A stretch of 64,000 bases of DNA from an uncultured Actinomycetota bacterium (GTDB lineage: Bacteria; Actinomycetota; Actinomycetes; JAHEKZ01): contig CAVURN010000001.1 of NCBI GenBank assembly GCA_963743915.1, positions 862,683 to 926,682 of the forward strand. Direction: 5' to 3'. The first letter of the stretch is position 1; each line of letters starts with the position of its first letter. Below, piece after piece: positions 18,651-28,613 of this stretch. The notes beneath the pieces were generated by a model. It saw only the letters and a program-made list of their open reading frames with translations. It searched no databases and was not told where the DNA came from. The position numbers and the translations under genes were made by a program.

Positions 18651-19853
18651 GTGACGTCTATGTGCACATCGGTCTGCCCAAGACCGGTACGACCTCGATC
18701 CAGCTGGCCCTGAAGGAGAGCGCTCCGGCGCTGGCTGCACACGGTGTCGAGCTCAGCGGGGGCAGGCACCGGGTGCAGCGACTGGCGGTCTACGACCTGC
18801 TCGGCAGGCGGATCGAGGGTGATGAGGTGCACGACGTCGCGGGTGCTTGGAAGCACCTCGTCGAGCAGATCGACGCGTCAGCGGCACCGACGGCGATCCT
18901 CTCCGAGGAGCTCTTGACGGTGAGCCGACCTCGGCAGATCCGGAGCCTCGTCAAGTCCCTCTCGGCTCATCGAGTCTTCGTGGTCATCGGTGTGCGCGAC
19001 TTCGGACGGTCGATCCCGTCGGCGTGGCAGCAAGAGGTGGTCAAGGGGCACAGCTTCACGTGGAGCGAGTTCGCTGCCGCGATTCGCGATCCTGTCGGAG
19101 GGCCCGGCGACCGCCGGTGTGTCCTTCCGCCTGCGGTTCGACCTGTTGCGCATCCTCGACACCTGGGAGCGCGTCATACCCCGCGAGCGGATCCGGCTGG
19201 TGACGGTCCCCCCGCCGGGCAGCCCCTCAGACCTCCTGCTCGACCGGTTCGGGGAGGTGCTCGGTGTTCCTCACGGAACCCTGCGGGGGCAGGTCCAGAA
19301 ACGCAACGAGGCGCTCGGGGCCGTCGAGGTCGAGGTTCTGCGGCGGCTCAACACGATCCTGAAGTCCGAGCTGAGCCCCGCTCAGCACATCGCGGTCGTC
19401 CAAGGTGCGCTCCGCACCGGACTTGCCGGACGCGAAGGGTCACGACGCCTGACGCTGCCTCAGGAGGAGCTGCCCTGGGTCGAGGAGTGGACCAAGGACC
19501 TGGTCGCCGAGCTGTCGGCACGTGCTTACCGGGTGCACGGGGACCTGACAGACCTGGAGCCGGTCCTCGGGAGCCCTGGGGAGCGATCCCTCGACGACGT
19601 CACGGAGGCCGAGCTCCTCGAACCCACCGAGGCGGCGCTGCGCGCGCTGTCCTTCTCCTATGCGTCCCTGTGGAAGCGGCACCAGCGACTCAAGGGGCGC
19701 CAGGAGGGCGACGCATCGGTGGCGACACGGCTGACCAGCTCGGCCCGAGCGGCCTCGTTCGGCGTCCGGATGTCTGCGTTGGACCAGGCCGACCGGAATC
19801 GTTTCCTCGGCTGGCTGTCGCGCGTCTACCTGCGCGTCACGTCGCGTCGCTGA
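18647..19853 (+). CDS. P-loop/sulfotransferase-fold hypothetical protein (frameshift ~19090)
   Basis: VHIGLPKTGTTSIQ, ILSEE, VRDFGRSIPSAWQQEVV; continues in the 18990..19853 frame (RNEALG, EVLRRLN, VHGDLTDL). Confidence 0.75.
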
Positions 19854-19884
19854 CCAGCATCCGCTGGGACGGACAAGAGTTCGG

Positions 19885-20640
19885 TCAGACCGTCGCCGAG
19901 ACCGTCCAGGCACGCGCTCGGGTGGTGAACGGCCCCCTGCCCATCGACGAGAGGCACCGTTCACGCAGCTCGAGTCGGGCTTCGGGGGACAGCTGGGCCA
20001 CGAAGTGCCCGGCCGGTCCGACGCCGAGAGTGAAGGGCTCCCACCATTCCTCGAACGATTCGTGGTGCACCTCCACCGTCAACGCGGTCGATCGAGCGAC
20101 ACGCAGACCCGAGCGTTCGAAGAGGAGCTCGAGCGATCCCTCGGCGACCCCTGCGAGCGTCGACTCGTCGTCGATGTCCACGCACATGTGCCGAGCGCTG
20201 TTCCAGAAGGGCTCGAGGGGGCCAGTCGATCCGCCACAGTCCCAGACGTTCGCTGCCACCTGCCCACCCGGACGCGTCACCCGCGCCATCTCGGACAGAC
20301 CGACGACCGGGTCGGCCATGAAGTGGATCACCAGCTGCGCCAGTGCCAGGTCGAAGGACGCGGTCGCGAAGGGCAGCTCTTCGGCGGGAGCCAGCTGCGA
20401 GTCAACTCCCGGGTACTGGCGGTGGATCGCATCGATGAAGGATGCGGAGGGATCCACCGCGGCGACCGAGGGCTCTCCGAGGAGAGCCACGAGCGTCGAC
20501 GTGAGGGCACCGGGACCGCACCCCACGTCCAGCACACGCTGACCGGGGCTGACGCCGACGAACGCGATGAACTCGTGAGCCAAGGGCTCGGAGAATCGCC
20601 CCATGAAGCGCGTGTAGGCCTCGGCACTGACATCGAACAC
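19885..20640 (-). CDS. Class I SAM-dependent methyltransferase
   Basis: YTRFMGRFSEPLA, VLDVGCGPG, AEELPF, MARVTRPGG. Confidence 0.9.
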   Translation of the reverse strand: MFDVSAEAYTRFMGRFSEPLAHEFIAFVGVSPGQRVLDVGCGPGALTSTLVALLGEPSVAAVDPSASFIDAIHRQYPGVDSQLAPAEELPFATASFDLALAQLVIHFMADPVVGLSEMARVTRPGGQVAANVWDCGGSTGPLEPFWNSARHMCVDIDDESTLAGVAEGSLELLFERSGLRVARSTALTVEVHHESFEEWWEPFTLGVGPAGHFVAQLSPEARLELRERCLSSMGRGPFTTRARAWTVSATV

Positions 20641-20699
20641 ACCGACATGCTCGCCCCTACTGGCAGTGACGTCCAGCGTGCAGCGGCTAGGGTCTGGCC

Positions 20700-21449
20700 G
20701 TGCTCGACTGGTACCAGCAGAACATCGGCGACAGTGGCCGCTCGGCTGCGCTCTTCGCCCTGATCGGGTTCCTGGTGACGTACGGCGTCACCAGATGGAT
20801 CACTCTGCGGATTCGGGGCCGCAAGTCCTCGTCGGGGTCCGATGCTGGTGCGGTCAAGGACGTCTACATCGGTGGTGTGCACATCCATCATCAGGTGTGG
20901 GGGATTCTCCTGGTGCTCGTCGTCGGCCTCCTGGAGCTCCGGTTCCGGCCAGACGCTCCGTGGGTTGAGGTCCTGGCGCTGCTCTTCGGGGTGGGCGCAG
21001 CGTTGGCGCTCGACGAGTTCGCCCTCTGGCTCCACGTGGAGGACGTCTACTGGAGCGAAGAGGGACGCAAGTCGATCGACGCCGTCATGGTGGCTGTCGT
21101 GGTGGGCCTGGCGCTCCTGGCAGGAACCTCTCCGATCGGCGTGGACTCCAGCACCATCGACTCCGAAGGCTGGGTCGCCGCGGCCGTGATCATCCTGGTC
21201 CACATCGGATACACGGTGGTCTGTCTGTTGAAGGGGAAGATCGCCACCGGGTTGATCGGCCTGCCCGTCCCCACGCTGTCCTTCATAGGATCGATCCGTC
21301 TGGCCAAGCCGACGTCGTACTGGGCCAAGCGCTACTACTCCGAGGCCAAGATGGCGAGGTCGCTCGCCCGCTTCGATGAGCAGCACCAGGCCCGCATCGA
21401 GAGGCTGCGCGACGTCGTCTCTGGTGGTTCCGGCCGCGCCACCGATTGA
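20700..21449 (+). CDS. Integral membrane protein
   Basis: GGVHIHHQVWG, ALDEFALWLHVEDVYWSEEGRKS, LLKGK, RLAKPTSYWA; several TM helices. Confidence 0.8.
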   Translation: MLDWYQQNIGDSGRSAALFALIGFLVTYGVTRWITLRIRGRKSSSGSDAGAVKDVYIGGVHIHHQVWGILLVLVVGLLELRFRPDAPWVEVLALLFGVGAALALDEFALWLHVEDVYWSEEGRKSIDAVMVAVVVGLALLAGTSPIGVDSSTIDSEGWVAAAVIILVHIGYTVVCLLKGKIATGLIGLPVPTLSFIGSIRLAKPTSYWAKRYYSEAKMARSLARFDEQHQARIERLRDVVSGGSGRATD

Positions 21450-22537
21450 CGGTGGATGTCGAGGCCAGCGGGCCTCACGGACGCGAGACATGTGACGCCA
21501 GGGTCGGGCATGCTTCGTCGATGCCACTGCAACTGTCTGACCGAGTCCTGCCCGACGAACAACGACGTACCGTCGACGAGCTGCGTGACGACCTGGACCT
21601 GACGGCCGGCGACACACGGGCCAAGGTGTCGGCGTTCTGGACGATGCTCACGCTCTCCGCTGTGATCGCTGCGGCCGGGGTCCTGACGGACTCGACGGCG
21701 ACCGTGATCGGCGCCATGATCATCGCGCCGCTGTCGACGCCGATCATGGGGATCGCTCTCGGGATCGCCCGGCGAGACCAGAGAACGACGCGTCACGCGA
21801 CGCGCTACGCGCTCCTGGGTGGTGGGCTGGTGATTCTCATCGGAGTCGCGTTCTCGTTCGCCTTGCCCGGCTCGTTCGACCTCCTCGGCAACTCCCAGAT
21901 CGCCGGGCGCACGTCGCCGGGGCTGCTCGACCTCGTGGCTGCCGTCGCCACCGGGTTCGCCGGGGCGGTCGCGCTGGCACGGCGCGACGTCGCCGCCGTC
22001 CTCCCCGGCGTCGCGATCGCGATCTCGTTGGTCCCTCCGCTGGCGGTGGTCGGTGTGTGCCTCGGTCAGGGGGCGATCGCGTTGGCCGTCGGGGCTCTCA
22101 TCCTGTTCGCCTCGAACCTGCTCGCCCTCGTGCTGGCCGGGACCCTGGTGTTCACCGCCGTCGGGTATGCCACCGAGGGTGAGCCCTCGGCAGGAGGTGC
22201 TCGGCGGCGGGCCTACCTCGCGATCGGCGTCATGCTCACGGTGGTGCTGGTCCCACTCGTGGCCAACACCGTGAGCACCCTTCTGGTCACGGTCTGGACG
22301 GGTCGGGTGCAGACGATCGCGGATGACTGGGCATCGTCAGTTCCGGGCGCGACCGTCAGGGACGTGACCTTCACCTCGACCGACTTCTACGTGGAGGTGC
22401 AGACACCGGAGGACGTGCCTCCCGTCGAGGATCTCCTGTCAGAGCTCGAGGGTCAGGTGCCCAACGGCTTCGGCGTCGTGGTCAGCACGTCCGTCGGCCG
22501 GGAGATCGACGTGGGCACGATCGGCGCAGACTCGTAG
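21446..22537 (+). CDS. DUF389 domain membrane protein (start may be ATG 21521)
   Basis: DSTATVIGAMIIAPLSTPI, RTSPGLLDL, LPGVAIAISLVPPL. Confidence 0.88.
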   Translation: MTVDVEASGPHGRETCDARVGHASSMPLQLSDRVLPDEQRRTVDELRDDLDLTAGDTRAKVSAFWTMLTLSAVIAAAGVLTDSTATVIGAMIIAPLSTPIMGIALGIARRDQRTTRHATRYALLGGGLVILIGVAFSFALPGSFDLLGNSQIAGRTSPGLLDLVAAVATGFAGAVALARRDVAAVLPGVAIAISLVPPLAVVGVCLGQGAIALAVGALILFASNLLALVLAGTLVFTAVGYATEGEPSAGGARRRAYLAIGVMLTVVLVPLVANTVSTLLVTVWTGRVQTIADDWASSVPGATVRDVTFTSTDFYVEVQTPEDVPPVEDLLSELEGQVPNGFGVVVSTSVGREIDVGTIGADS

Positions 22538-22556
22538 AACCTCGCGACTCCGTTGA

Positions 22557-23720
22557 TCAGGTCAGCGAGTCGCCGGTCGAGGGACTCGGCCTGTGGGTCC
22601 CGGTGAGCACGTTGTACCGGTCCATGAGGTCGTCGAACTCCATGTAGACGTCCTGCAGGTGCCGGGCGCCGCTCTGGGGGTCGAAGGCCATGCGACCGTG
22701 CAGGACCCGGTGCGAGTGGACTGTGAGCAGATCACCTGTCTCAGACCTGAACGCGACCTTGTACGTGGGACTGTCGAGCATCCTGCCCAGCGTGCGGTAC
22801 GCGTCGTAGAACGGCTCGACGTCGTCGAACGGCACCTGCAGTGGCAGGGCGAGCTGGTTGGAGAACCGGAACGTGCGCACCCGCCCCGACGTGTCCAGCT
22901 GGACGAGCGGAGCAGTGGCCCGGGTGTCCTCGTCGTCGCTGAAGAGCTGGAACGTCACCGGAACTCGGCACAGCGTGTCGAACGCGTCCGGGTCCTGCCT
23001 GCGCAGGTCCGCCAGGACGGACCAGCCGTCGACCACCGTGCTCTCGCCACCCTGTGAGTCGTTCACCAGGAAGTGGAGGAGCTGGATGCTGGGCGGCCAG
23101 TGGTAGCTCGGAAGGTCGGTGTGCGGCTTCAGCTCCAGCGCCGTGTGAGCCACGTTGTAGCCCTGGGGGTCATGGCGGACGTTGTGCACGCGTTCGAAGG
23201 CGGTCTCGCGCACGTGACCGATGGTCTCGGCAAAGCGCTCCACCTCACGGTCCGACGACGGGGTGTGGGTGACGACGGCGACGCCGTACTGGCGCAGGGC
23301 GGTCAGGTAGGCCAGCTGGACGGCAGGCTCTCCCACGACTCCCGCGTGGTCGAACCGGGGGATCTCGGCCAGGTCCGACCGCCAGTGGACCACTGGCGGC
23401 TCGGGCTCGCGGGCCCCGTTGGAGTAGTCGTGGGCCATGAGCCATTCGACGCTGTACGTCGAGGCATGCCCGTCGCTCCAGTCCACCTGCACCGCCTGCC
23501 CGTCGGGAACCAGCAGCGCGTCGACGGCGGAGAGCTCCTGCGGAATGTCGGCGGTGTAGATCCGCCGTTCACCGGTCTGCAGGACCCGGCACTCACCGCA
23601 CCAGCAGTTGTCCCGCAGCCAGACAAAGTGGAAGCGCGACTGCCGACCATCGGTGGCCAACGTCAGATGGCGCTCGGCGAGCGACAGGGTCGCGGTCGGG
23701 TGGGACGTCTGCTGGGTCAT
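22557..23720 (-). CDS. Gamma-butyrobetaine hydroxylase-like TauD/TfdA 2-oxoglutarate/Fe(II) dioxygenase
   Basis: WLRDNCWCGEC (DUF971-like N-domain), HTDLP (HxD), GGESTVVDG, RVLHGR. Confidence 0.88.
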   Translation of the reverse strand: MTQQTSHPTATLSLAERHLTLATDGRQSRFHFVWLRDNCWCGECRVLQTGERRIYTADIPQELSAVDALLVPDGQAVQVDWSDGHASTYSVEWLMAHDYSNGAREPEPPVVHWRSDLAEIPRFDHAGVVGEPAVQLAYLTALRQYGVAVVTHTPSSDREVERFAETIGHVRETAFERVHNVRHDPQGYNVAHTALELKPHTDLPSYHWPPSIQLLHFLVNDSQGGESTVVDGWSVLADLRRQDPDAFDTLCRVPVTFQLFSDDEDTRATAPLVQLDTSGRVRTFRFSNQLALPLQVPFDDVEPFYDAYRTLGRMLDSPTYKVAFRSETGDLLTVHSHRVLHGRMAFDPQSGARHLQDVYMEFDDLMDRYNVLTGTHRPSPSTGDSLT

Positions 23721-23854
23721 GCACGGCTCCTCGTCGTCCAGGCAAGTGTCGTCCCGCTCCCAGGCTCTGACAAGGAACTTGCGGGGATCTGGGCATTCCG
23801 CATCCCACCCGGTCGCATCGGGGCTAGATTCACCCGAAAGCGCGACGAGGGGTG

Positions 23855-24817
23855 ATGCACGTGAACCGACTCGTGGTCCTCGGCGCTGCCGCCGTGACCG
23901 TGACGGGCCTGGCCAGCGCCCTCACACCGGCCCAGGCCGTTGCCCCCACCATTCCCGATCCGGTCATCGCTGCGGTGGGTGACATCGCGTGCAAGAACCC
24001 TCCTGGCAACAACAGGAAGGTCTGCCAGTACGACGACGTGGCGGCGCTGATCGAGCGACGAGGCTACGACCGGTTTCTCGCGCTTGGAGACATCCAGTAC
24101 GAGAGCGGCGGCTACCGGGACTTCCGGCAGAACTACGACGTGTACTTCGGTGACCTCCTGAGCATCACCGAGCCGGTCCCCGGCAACCACGAGTACGGCA
24201 CCGAGGGAGCCGCCGGCTACTACCGGTACTTCGGTGACCGCTCTCGTGGTGCCGACGGCTACTACTCCTACGACCTCGGTGCGTGGCATGTCATCGCGCT
24301 CAACTCCGCGATCTGCCCTGCGGGAACGGGGTGCGGACCTGGAGACCCGCAGTACGAGTGGCTCAAGGACGACCTGGCCGCAAACCCTGCGCCGTGCACG
24401 TTGGCGTACTGGCACCATCCGCGCTTCGACTGGCTGAAGTACCAGAAGGCCGACTGGACTGATGACTACGAGTTCCAGAAGTCGGCGCCGTTCTGGACGC
24501 TGCTCTACGACAACGGGGCGGACGTCGTCCTGAGTGGTCACAACCACAACTACAGCCGCTGGCTTCCGATGGACGCCGAGGGTCGGTTCGACCCACGACG
24601 CGGCATGGTCCAGTTCGTGTCAGGGGCCGGTGGACGGAACCTGAACGCGTTCGGTGGGCCGCAGACCCGCCCGGCGACCTTCGCCACTGGTCAATCGGCC
24701 GAGTTCGGGATCCTCGAGCTCACGTTGCACGACACCAGCTACGACTACCGCTTCCGGTCCACGCTGGGTGCTCGAAGCGCCTACATCGACCAGGGGTCGA
24801 ACATCCGCTGCCACTGA
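23855..24817 (+). CDS. Secreted metallophosphoesterase
   Basis: AAVGDIAC, LGDIQY, PGNHEY, YWHHP, LSGHNHNY; signal peptide ending AQA. Confidence 0.88.
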   Translation: MHVNRLVVLGAAAVTVTGLASALTPAQAVAPTIPDPVIAAVGDIACKNPPGNNRKVCQYDDVAALIERRGYDRFLALGDIQYESGGYRDFRQNYDVYFGDLLSITEPVPGNHEYGTEGAAGYYRYFGDRSRGADGYYSYDLGAWHVIALNSAICPAGTGCGPGDPQYEWLKDDLAANPAPCTLAYWHHPRFDWLKYQKADWTDDYEFQKSAPFWTLLYDNGADVVLSGHNHNYSRWLPMDAEGRFDPRRGMVQFVSGAGGRNLNAFGGPQTRPATFATGQSAEFGILELTLHDTSYDYRFRSTLGARSAYIDQGSNIRCH

Positions 24818-24921
24818 CGCGCCTGAGGAAGGTCGTCCCCTCGCGGCGCGTGATGCTGGCGGCCCCAGGCCGGGGCGACTAGCGTGAGCGCACGCGCAAC
24901 ACCCGGACGTGAGAGGACACC

Positions 24922-25197
24922 ATGAGCGGCGACCAGCCCATGAGCCAGCCCGCACCCCCTGCGGACATCAACTCCAAGAAGATCCTGTGCGGTGTGCTGG
25001 GAATTCTGTTGGGCGGGTTCGGTGTGCACCGCTTCCTGCTCGAGGACGTGTCGGGCGGCATCATCCGGATCGTCATCACCGTCGTCACCTGCGGAATCGG
25101 GTCGATCATCGGCCTGATCGAGGGAATCATCTACCTCACCAAGTCGGACCAGGAGTTCTACCAGACGTACATGGTCGAGAAGAAGGCCTGGTTCTAG
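24922..25197 (+). CDS. TM2 domain-containing protein
   Basis: KILCGVLGILLGGFGVHRF...IGLIEGIIYLTKSDQEF. Confidence 0.9.
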   Translation: MSGDQPMSQPAPPADINSKKILCGVLGILLGGFGVHRFLLEDVSGGIIRIVITVVTCGIGSIIGLIEGIIYLTKSDQEFYQTYMVEKKAWF

Positions 25198-25244
25198 TCC
25201 GACGCTGACGCGACCGCGGGCGGGGCCGTTGTACGCTCCGCCGC

Positions 25245-26765
25245 ATGAATCTCGTCGAGTGTGTTCCGAACTTCTCCGAGGGGCGGCGACCTGAGGTCGT
25301 CGACGCCATCGTCGACGCCATCTCGACCGTCGTCGGTGTCACCGTCCTCGACGTCTCCTCCGATGCCAGCCACAACCGGTCCGTGGTCACCTTCGTGGCC
25401 CATCCGGACATCGCGGGAGAGGCGGCCTTCCAGGGGATCGCGAAGGCCGCCGAGCTGATCGATCTCACGGTCCACGAAGGGGAGCACCCGCGGATCGGCG
25501 CCACGGACGTCTGTCCCTTTGTTCCGCTCGGTGACACGACCATGGAGCAGTGCGTCGAGCTCGCCCGGCACCTTGGGCAGCGGGTCGGTGACGAGCTCGA
25601 CATCCCCGTCTTCCTCTACGAGCGGGCGGCGACGCGTCCGGACCGCCAGAACCTGGTCGACGTGCGACGTGGCGAGTTCGAACGCGCCAGCAGCGAGATC
25701 GGGACAGACCCCGACCGGACGCCAGACTTCGGCCCGAACGCGATCCACCCGACCGCCGGGGCCACGATCATCGGTGCCCGCCCCTTCCTGGTGGCCTACA
25801 ACGTCTACCTGGGCGGTGTCGAGAACGTCGAGGTGGCCAAGGCGGTGGCCAAGGCGGTGCGGGGCTCCAGCGGTGGCCTCCGGTACGTCAAGGGGCTGGG
25901 TCTGGAGGTGGACGGGCAGGCGCAGGTCTCCATGAACCTGGTCGACACCGACCGGACGCCGCTGCACCGCGCCTACGACATGGTGCGCATGGAGGCGGAG
26001 GCGCGAGGTGTCACCCCGACCAAGAGCGAGCTGGTCGGCCTGGTGCCCGAGCGGGTGCTGTTCGACGCCGCCGCGCACCACATCCGGCTTCCCGACTTCT
26101 CCACCGACATGGTCCTGGAAACCCAGGTGCGGGCTGCGACGACGACGGCACCGTCGCTCGGTGAGTTCGTCGCGAGCGTCGCTGGTGACGCACCGGTCCC
26201 CGGCGGCGGAAGTGTGAGCGCGCTGGCCGGGCAGCTCGCTGCGGCGCTGGCGCAGATGGTCGCGGGACTGACGGTGGGCCGCAAGAAGTACGTCGACGTG
26301 GAACCTGAGATGCGGGAGCTGGCACGGCAGGCACAGGCATTGGCCGACCGCCTTGGTCGGCTCGTCGAGGACGACGCTGACGCGTACGCACTGGTGAGTG
26401 ACGCCTACCGGCTGCCGAAGGACGACGACGCGGCCGCCGCCGCTCGCGAGACCGCCATCCAGACAGCCCTGCGCACGGCCGCCGACGTGCCGTTGGAGAC
26501 CGCTCGCGCGTGCCGAGACGTGGCGCAACTCGCGGCCATCTGCGCGGCCAAGGGCAACCAGAACGCCGTCACCGACGCAGGCGTGGCGGCCCTTCTCGCC
26601 GAGGCCGGCTGTCGAGGGGCGGCCTACAACGTGCGCATAAACGTCGCGTCGATGTCGGACCGCTCCGCCGGGGAGGCGCTCTCAGCCGAGGTGGCCGGCC
26701 TGGTCGAGGCGACTCACGCCGCGGCCGTCGAGGCGACGACCCGGGTCGAGGCCGCGCTGGGCTGA
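25245..26765 (+). CDS. ftcD: Bifunctional glutamate formiminotransferase / formiminotetrahydrofolate cyclodeaminase
   Basis: VECVPNFSEGR, HNRSVVTF, HPRIGATDVCPFVP, GARPFLVAYN; cyclodeaminase PVPGGGSVSA...NVRIN. Confidence 0.93.
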   Translation: MNLVECVPNFSEGRRPEVVDAIVDAISTVVGVTVLDVSSDASHNRSVVTFVAHPDIAGEAAFQGIAKAAELIDLTVHEGEHPRIGATDVCPFVPLGDTTMEQCVELARHLGQRVGDELDIPVFLYERAATRPDRQNLVDVRRGEFERASSEIGTDPDRTPDFGPNAIHPTAGATIIGARPFLVAYNVYLGGVENVEVAKAVAKAVRGSSGGLRYVKGLGLEVDGQAQVSMNLVDTDRTPLHRAYDMVRMEAEARGVTPTKSELVGLVPERVLFDAAAHHIRLPDFSTDMVLETQVRAATTTAPSLGEFVASVAGDAPVPGGGSVSALAGQLAAALAQMVAGLTVGRKKYVDVEPEMRELARQAQALADRLGRLVEDDADAYALVSDAYRLPKDDDAAAAARETAIQTALRTAADVPLETARACRDVAQLAAICAAKGNQNAVTDAGVAALLAEAGCRGAAYNVRINVASMSDRSAGEALSAEVAGLVEATHAAAVEATTRVEAALG

Positions 26766-26782
26766 GGGCCTGGACTCGATGG

Positions 26783-27118
26783 TCAGCCACGGCGCCAAGG
26801 CGCGCTGACGGCGCGTGCGGCGACGAGGGCGAGGATGACGGCGGCGACGGCCCAGACCATGCGTGCGGGGTCGATCGCGGGTTGCCAGCTCACCTTGCCG
26901 TGGTCGATGACGTAGGCGCCGGCGGGCTTGGCCATCATGCCGAACCCGCCCCCTTCCCCTTCCGGCCCGCCTTCGTCCTGACCGGTGCCGGCTCCGCCAC
27001 CTCCGGCGACGCGTGCCGCCGGGATGACAGTGATCCCGTCCTGCTCGACCGCAGGGCCGTAGACGGTCGTCACGGACAAGGTGTCGCGGGCTTTGCTCAG
27101 CAGCTCTTCGACCTTCAC
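26783..27118 (-). CDS. GerW/YtfJ-family protein
   Basis: VYGPAVEQDGITVIPAARVAGGGGAG...GGGFG...PAGAYVI; GGAGG RBS. Confidence 0.8.
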   Translation of the reverse strand: MKVEELLSKARDTLSVTTVYGPAVEQDGITVIPAARVAGGGGAGTGQDEGGPEGEGGGFGMMAKPAGAYVIDHGKVSWQPAIDPARMVWAVAAVILALVAARAVSAPWRRG

Positions 27119-27218
27119 GAGTGGGCCTCCGTCCTGCATGCCGATGCTCCTCCGTCCAGTCAACCGCCGGGACGCAGCGCGGACAAGGCCACTGGTCCCC
27201 TCTGCCATGATCGACGAC

Positions 27219-27929
27219 ATGGCACACGAGACTCCCGCCGCACAGAGCCGACAACGTCGCCCTTGGGTGCCCTTGGGGGTCGCTCTGCTCATCCTCGGCC
27301 TGCTGGGGGGCGCGGCCGGCGGCGTGGCGCTCGCTGCTCAGGTGGGCGGTGACCTGGTGCGGGCCTTCAGCGCCGACCCCCAGGTCACACCCGTGCAGCT
27401 GGACCTCGACCTCAACGAGGGGACGTACATCGTCTACGAGTACACGGGCTCCGCCCGGTCGTCCGGTCCGATCACGACAGAGAGCTTCCGCGGCCTCACG
27501 GTCGCGGTCGGCGACGTGACGGTGACCGCGCCCGACGGGTCGGACGTGCCGCTCTCCGTCCCGCGCTTCGACGAGACGCTCACCCGTGGTTCGTCGACCT
27601 ACACCGGAGCCGTGAGCTTCGAGGCCGAGGACGAAGGCGTGTACCGGATCAGTGTCACGACACCGGACACGAGGATTCTCGTGGCACCGAGTCTGACGTC
27701 GATGTTCACCGGCTCGATCGTCTGGATCGCGCTGCTGTGCCTGAGCGGGATCGTGTTCGCCGTCGGGGTCGTGCTCCTCGTGGTCGGTCTCGTCCGGAAG
27801 GCGCCGACGCCCGTCACGGCCGTGCAGTCGCCAGCAGTCGCGACCCCGGCCGGCTGGTACGCCGATCCGCACGGCCTCGCAGCGCTCCGGTGGTGGGACG
27901 GGCAAGCATGGACCGACCACGTGCACTAG
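27219..27929 (+). CDS. DUF2510 domain membrane protein
   Basis: C-terminal PAGWYADPHG...LRWWDGQAWT; two TM segments. Confidence 0.8.
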   Translation: MAHETPAAQSRQRRPWVPLGVALLILGLLGGAAGGVALAAQVGGDLVRAFSADPQVTPVQLDLDLNEGTYIVYEYTGSARSSGPITTESFRGLTVAVGDVTVTAPDGSDVPLSVPRFDETLTRGSSTYTGAVSFEAEDEGVYRISVTTPDTRILVAPSLTSMFTGSIVWIALLCLSGIVFAVGVVLLVVGLVRKAPTPVTAVQSPAVATPAGWYADPHGLAALRWWDGQAWTDHVH

Positions 27930-27939
27930 TCGTTCGGCC

Positions 27940-28566
27940 TCACTCGAGATCGATCAGCTCGCCCTCCCAGGCCTCGATCCCCTCACGGATGGCGAACACG
28001 GCGATGACGAACCCTGCGGCCGGGTCCAGCCAAGAGGCACCGGTGAGCGCGTAGAGCCCGAGTCCGGCGAGGGTCGACAGGCTGAGCACGATGCAGATCT
28101 CGGTCTGGCGGGCATCGGTGAGGATGAGCCGGTCGTCGCCGAGAGCGTGCCCCACGCGCCGTTTGGCCACTGCCAGCACCGGCATCACCACGAGCGAGAC
28201 GCCCAGGATCGCCAGGCCGAAGGGCGAGCTCTCCGGTTCGGCGCCGGAGACGAGCGCACGGCCACCCTCGATGACGACGTAGCCGGCGAGCACGAAGAAG
28301 CTGATCGCCACTCCGCGCAGAGCGCGCTGTTCCTTCACCGGGTCTGCGGCGCCGTGCCGGAGGCGCGCCGAGAGGCGCAGGCCGACCAGGACGGCGGAGA
28401 CCGACTCGATCGCCGAGTCGAGACCGAAGCCGACGAGGGAGACGAGCCCGGCGGCCAGGCCGATGCTGACCGCCAGGACACCCTCGGCCACGTTGTACGC
28501 GACGGTGAACTGCGCAAGCCGCAGACCCCACCGCGTCAGCCGGGTGACCTCGTCGTCGGGTGGCAC
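27940..28566 (-). CDS. Cation (CDF-like) transporter
   Basis: YNVAEG, SLVGFGLDSAIE, DARQTEIC, WLDP; six TM helices. Confidence 0.85.
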   Translation of the reverse strand: MPPDDEVTRLTRWGLRLAQFTVAYNVAEGVLAVSIGLAAGLVSLVGFGLDSAIESVSAVLVGLRLSARLRHGAADPVKEQRALRGVAISFFVLAGYVVIEGGRALVSGAEPESSPFGLAILGVSLVVMPVLAVAKRRVGHALGDDRLILTDARQTEICIVLSLSTLAGLGLYALTGASWLDPAAGFVIAVFAIREGIEAWEGELIDLE

Positions 28567-28613
28567 GGCGTCCGGTTGGGGCTCAGGCGTGGTGCTGGAT
28601 GAGCGGCCCGCGC

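Noticed and set aside
18647-20542. 631-aa ORF
   Set aside because: Frameshift read-through; the real C-terminus is in the 18990..19853 frame and the rest is antisense to a methyltransferase.
23721-23854. Possible riboswitch upstream of the dioxygenase
   Set aside because: No recognisable conserved aptamer motifs by eye; the gap is a short divergent promoter region.
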